From Eledone cirrhosa (Eukaryota), in assembly GCA_964016885.1 (NCBI GenBank), contig OZ024759.1, forward strand, positions 22,754,001 to 22,818,000: DNA of 64,000 nucleotides, in the 5' to 3' direction. Below the pieces are notes generated by a model. That model was not told the origin of the DNA and did not search any database. It saw only the letters and a list, made by a program, of their open reading frames with translations. Positions 61,528 to 64,000 of this stretch are shown here, piece by piece (position 1 is the first letter of the stretch; each line of letters begins with the position of its first letter). The position numbers and the translations under genes are program-made.

Positions 61528-62480
61528 CCAAAATATGACCCTATCGTGTCCTCATCTGAAATATTACTGGACTCATCTCTATATTAACTTTCCCCCAAAA
61601 TATGACCCCATTCTGTTCTAATCTGAAATATTACTGGACTCATCTCTATATTAACTTTCCCCCAAAATATGACCCCATTCTGTCCTAATCTGAAATATTA
61701 CTGGACTCATCTCTACATTAACTTTCCACCAAAATATGACCCTACCCTGTCCTAATCTGAAATATTACTGGACTCATCTCTATATTAACTTTCCCCCAAA
61801 ATATGACCCTATCGTGTCCTAATCTGAAATATTAATGGACTCATCTCTATATTAACTTTCCCCCAAAATATGACCCTATTCTGTCCTAATCTGAAATATT
61901 ACTGGACTCATCTCTACATTAACTTTCCACCAAAATATGACCCTACCCTGTCCTAATTTGAAATATTACTGGACTCATCTCTACATTAACTTTCCATCAA
62001 AATATGACCCTACCTTGTCCTAATCTGAAATATTACTGGACTCATCTCTATATTAACTTTCCCCCAAAATATGACCCCATTCTGTCCTAATCTGAAATAT
62101 TACTGGACTCATCTCTATATTAACTTTCCACCAAAATATGACCCTACCCTGTCCTAATCTGAAATATTACTGGACTCATCTCTATATTAACTTTCCATCA
62201 AAATATGACCCTACCCTGTCCTAATCTGAAATATTACTGGACTCATCTCTACATTAACTTTCCACCAAAATATGACCCCATTCTGTCCTAATCTGAAATA
62301 TTACTGGACTCATCTCTATATTAACTTTCCATCAAAATATGACCCTATCCTGTCCTAATGTGAAATATTACAGGACTTGTCTTTATTATAACTTCCAATC
62401 AAAATATGACCCCTTCCTGCCTTAATGCTAAATGTTGATGGTCTTGTCTCTCTATATATACTACCTCTTCCACCAAATGA
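61528..62480. repeat. 67-bp minisatellite, ~13-14 units
   Basis: CCAAAATATGACCC at 61528, 61595, 61662 ... (period 67), degenerating after ~62370. Confidence 0.95.
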
Positions 62481-62850
62481 TGACTACTTCATGCTTTAGT
62501 GTGAAATATGGCTGCTCTCGTCCCTCTCCCTCTCTAGGATAAGACAAGAGAAATTCACAACCCTGGCTGAGAAGCGCAGGATCATAACTGATAGTGAGGG
62601 CATCTTAATTGCAGCCCAAGACAAAAGCCTTCCCAACGGAAGCCACACCAAAATTATTGTGAATAAATGAAAATAGGTAAAGGTACCATCGGAGAGTTTT
62701 GAACTCATTAAGCACAGGGAACAAACTAAACAGTAAAACATTAGTAATTTAGAGCAACACTACGGCTTCTACAAACCTTACTAACTACATATGTGTATGA
62801 ATATGAAATTTACAGCTTTGCAGATTTAGTTGACTTTCTATGAACTAGTG

Positions 62851-63074
62851 CAGTGATTCTCCTCATAGGCCCCTGTACCCACATATGGGCCTGAGAGATT
62901 TTAAAAGGGGTCTGGTATAAGCCCAAGGAAAATAGGTGGGCATTGAAATTCTACTTTTGCTTTTGTAAATAAAATGTATTTGCTGTTACATGGAATTTCT
63001 AGTTGTGCTTATGAGGCGCTGAAATATTTTGACACCAAAACTGGGCCACAAGGAAGAAAGGTTGAGAAACACTG
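62851..63074. mobile_element. hAT (Charlie-like) MITE
   Basis: TIRs CAGTGATTCTC ... GAGAAACACTG. Flanking 8-mers AACTAGTG/AGCTAATA are a decayed CTA-centred TSD. Confidence 0.55.
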
Positions 63075-63828
63075 AGCTAATATCTCACGGGTGGTTTCTT
63101 GAGTGTTTTAATGACAGAGGGTCAAGGTCCTATCGTACGCTATTTTAACAACCTCAGCGAGATTTAGACCCACAAGATAAAGAGCAGGGACATAGAAAGA
63201 AACTATGAAACAGTTTGTCCGGTGCTCTAATGATTTTGTCAACCCACCGCCATTGCCTTCACATGACAATATATATATATCATATATCATGAAATATCAT
63301 GTAATATATGTTTCATTTAAAAACCACTTAGATAATATATGTAAAATATTTAAAACGCAACCTACATCAGACAAGTAACATAAAAGATATTAATAAGCAG
63401 TAAAAATATGTGCAAAGCAGTTTATTCTGGGCATTTAATTCCCAATAGTGTCGTTCTCGCTTGAAGTATGAAACACATTAAATTGCATTAAACAATGCGC
63501 TTCAATTGATCTCATCAATGAGGCAAATGAAATCAAATAGCAAAAAAGACACTATATATATATATATATACAAATATGTATACATGTATTGTATATATAT
63601 ACATTTATATATATATATACATATATATATACAAATATGTATACATGTATTGTATATATATACATTTATATATATATACATATATATACTCATATATACA
63701 CACACACATATATATATATATACATATATATACTCATATATACACACACATATATATATATATACACATATATCTACATACTTACAACTATATATATACA
63801 TTTATGTGTGTGTGTGTGTATGTATTTG

Positions 63829-63878
<50 letters not shown>

Positions 63879-64000
63879 TGTACAAATACATACATACGTA
63901 CATACACACACATATATGTATATATACATACATATATGTGTATGTGAGTGTATTTATACATACATATATGCATATATTTATATATACATATACATAAACA

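Overview
Repeat-dense, AT-rich animal genomic DNA, either intergenic or intronic. The SINE families and extreme (TA)n content suggest an octopus-like cephalopod (inference). There is no supportable host protein-coding gene: nearly all long ORFs are translations of (TA)n/(CA)n/(GA)n microsatellites. The real content is two tRNA-derived SINE families, LINE remnants (Tx1/L1-type zf-RVT 3' ends, RTE, CR1-like), several DNA-transposon MITEs, TE-seeded minisatellites (61, 82, 39, 67, ~90 and 207 bp units) and one 200-N gap. The standout signal is a set of more than 10 short elements embedded in (TA)n tracts. They share one architecture: inverted arm, variable loop, direct arm, then a 45-120 nt unpaired tail with a GAGTRCT-like motif. 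Many carry minimal type I hammerhead-ribozyme folds with a palindromic stem III loop, as described for Penelope-like element (PLE) pseudo-LTRs. Several have a recurrent non-canonical catalytic core (CCGANGA, and CCGUCGA in two diverged copies with covarying stems) and a very long stem II. All structures were read by eye; none has been computed or tested.
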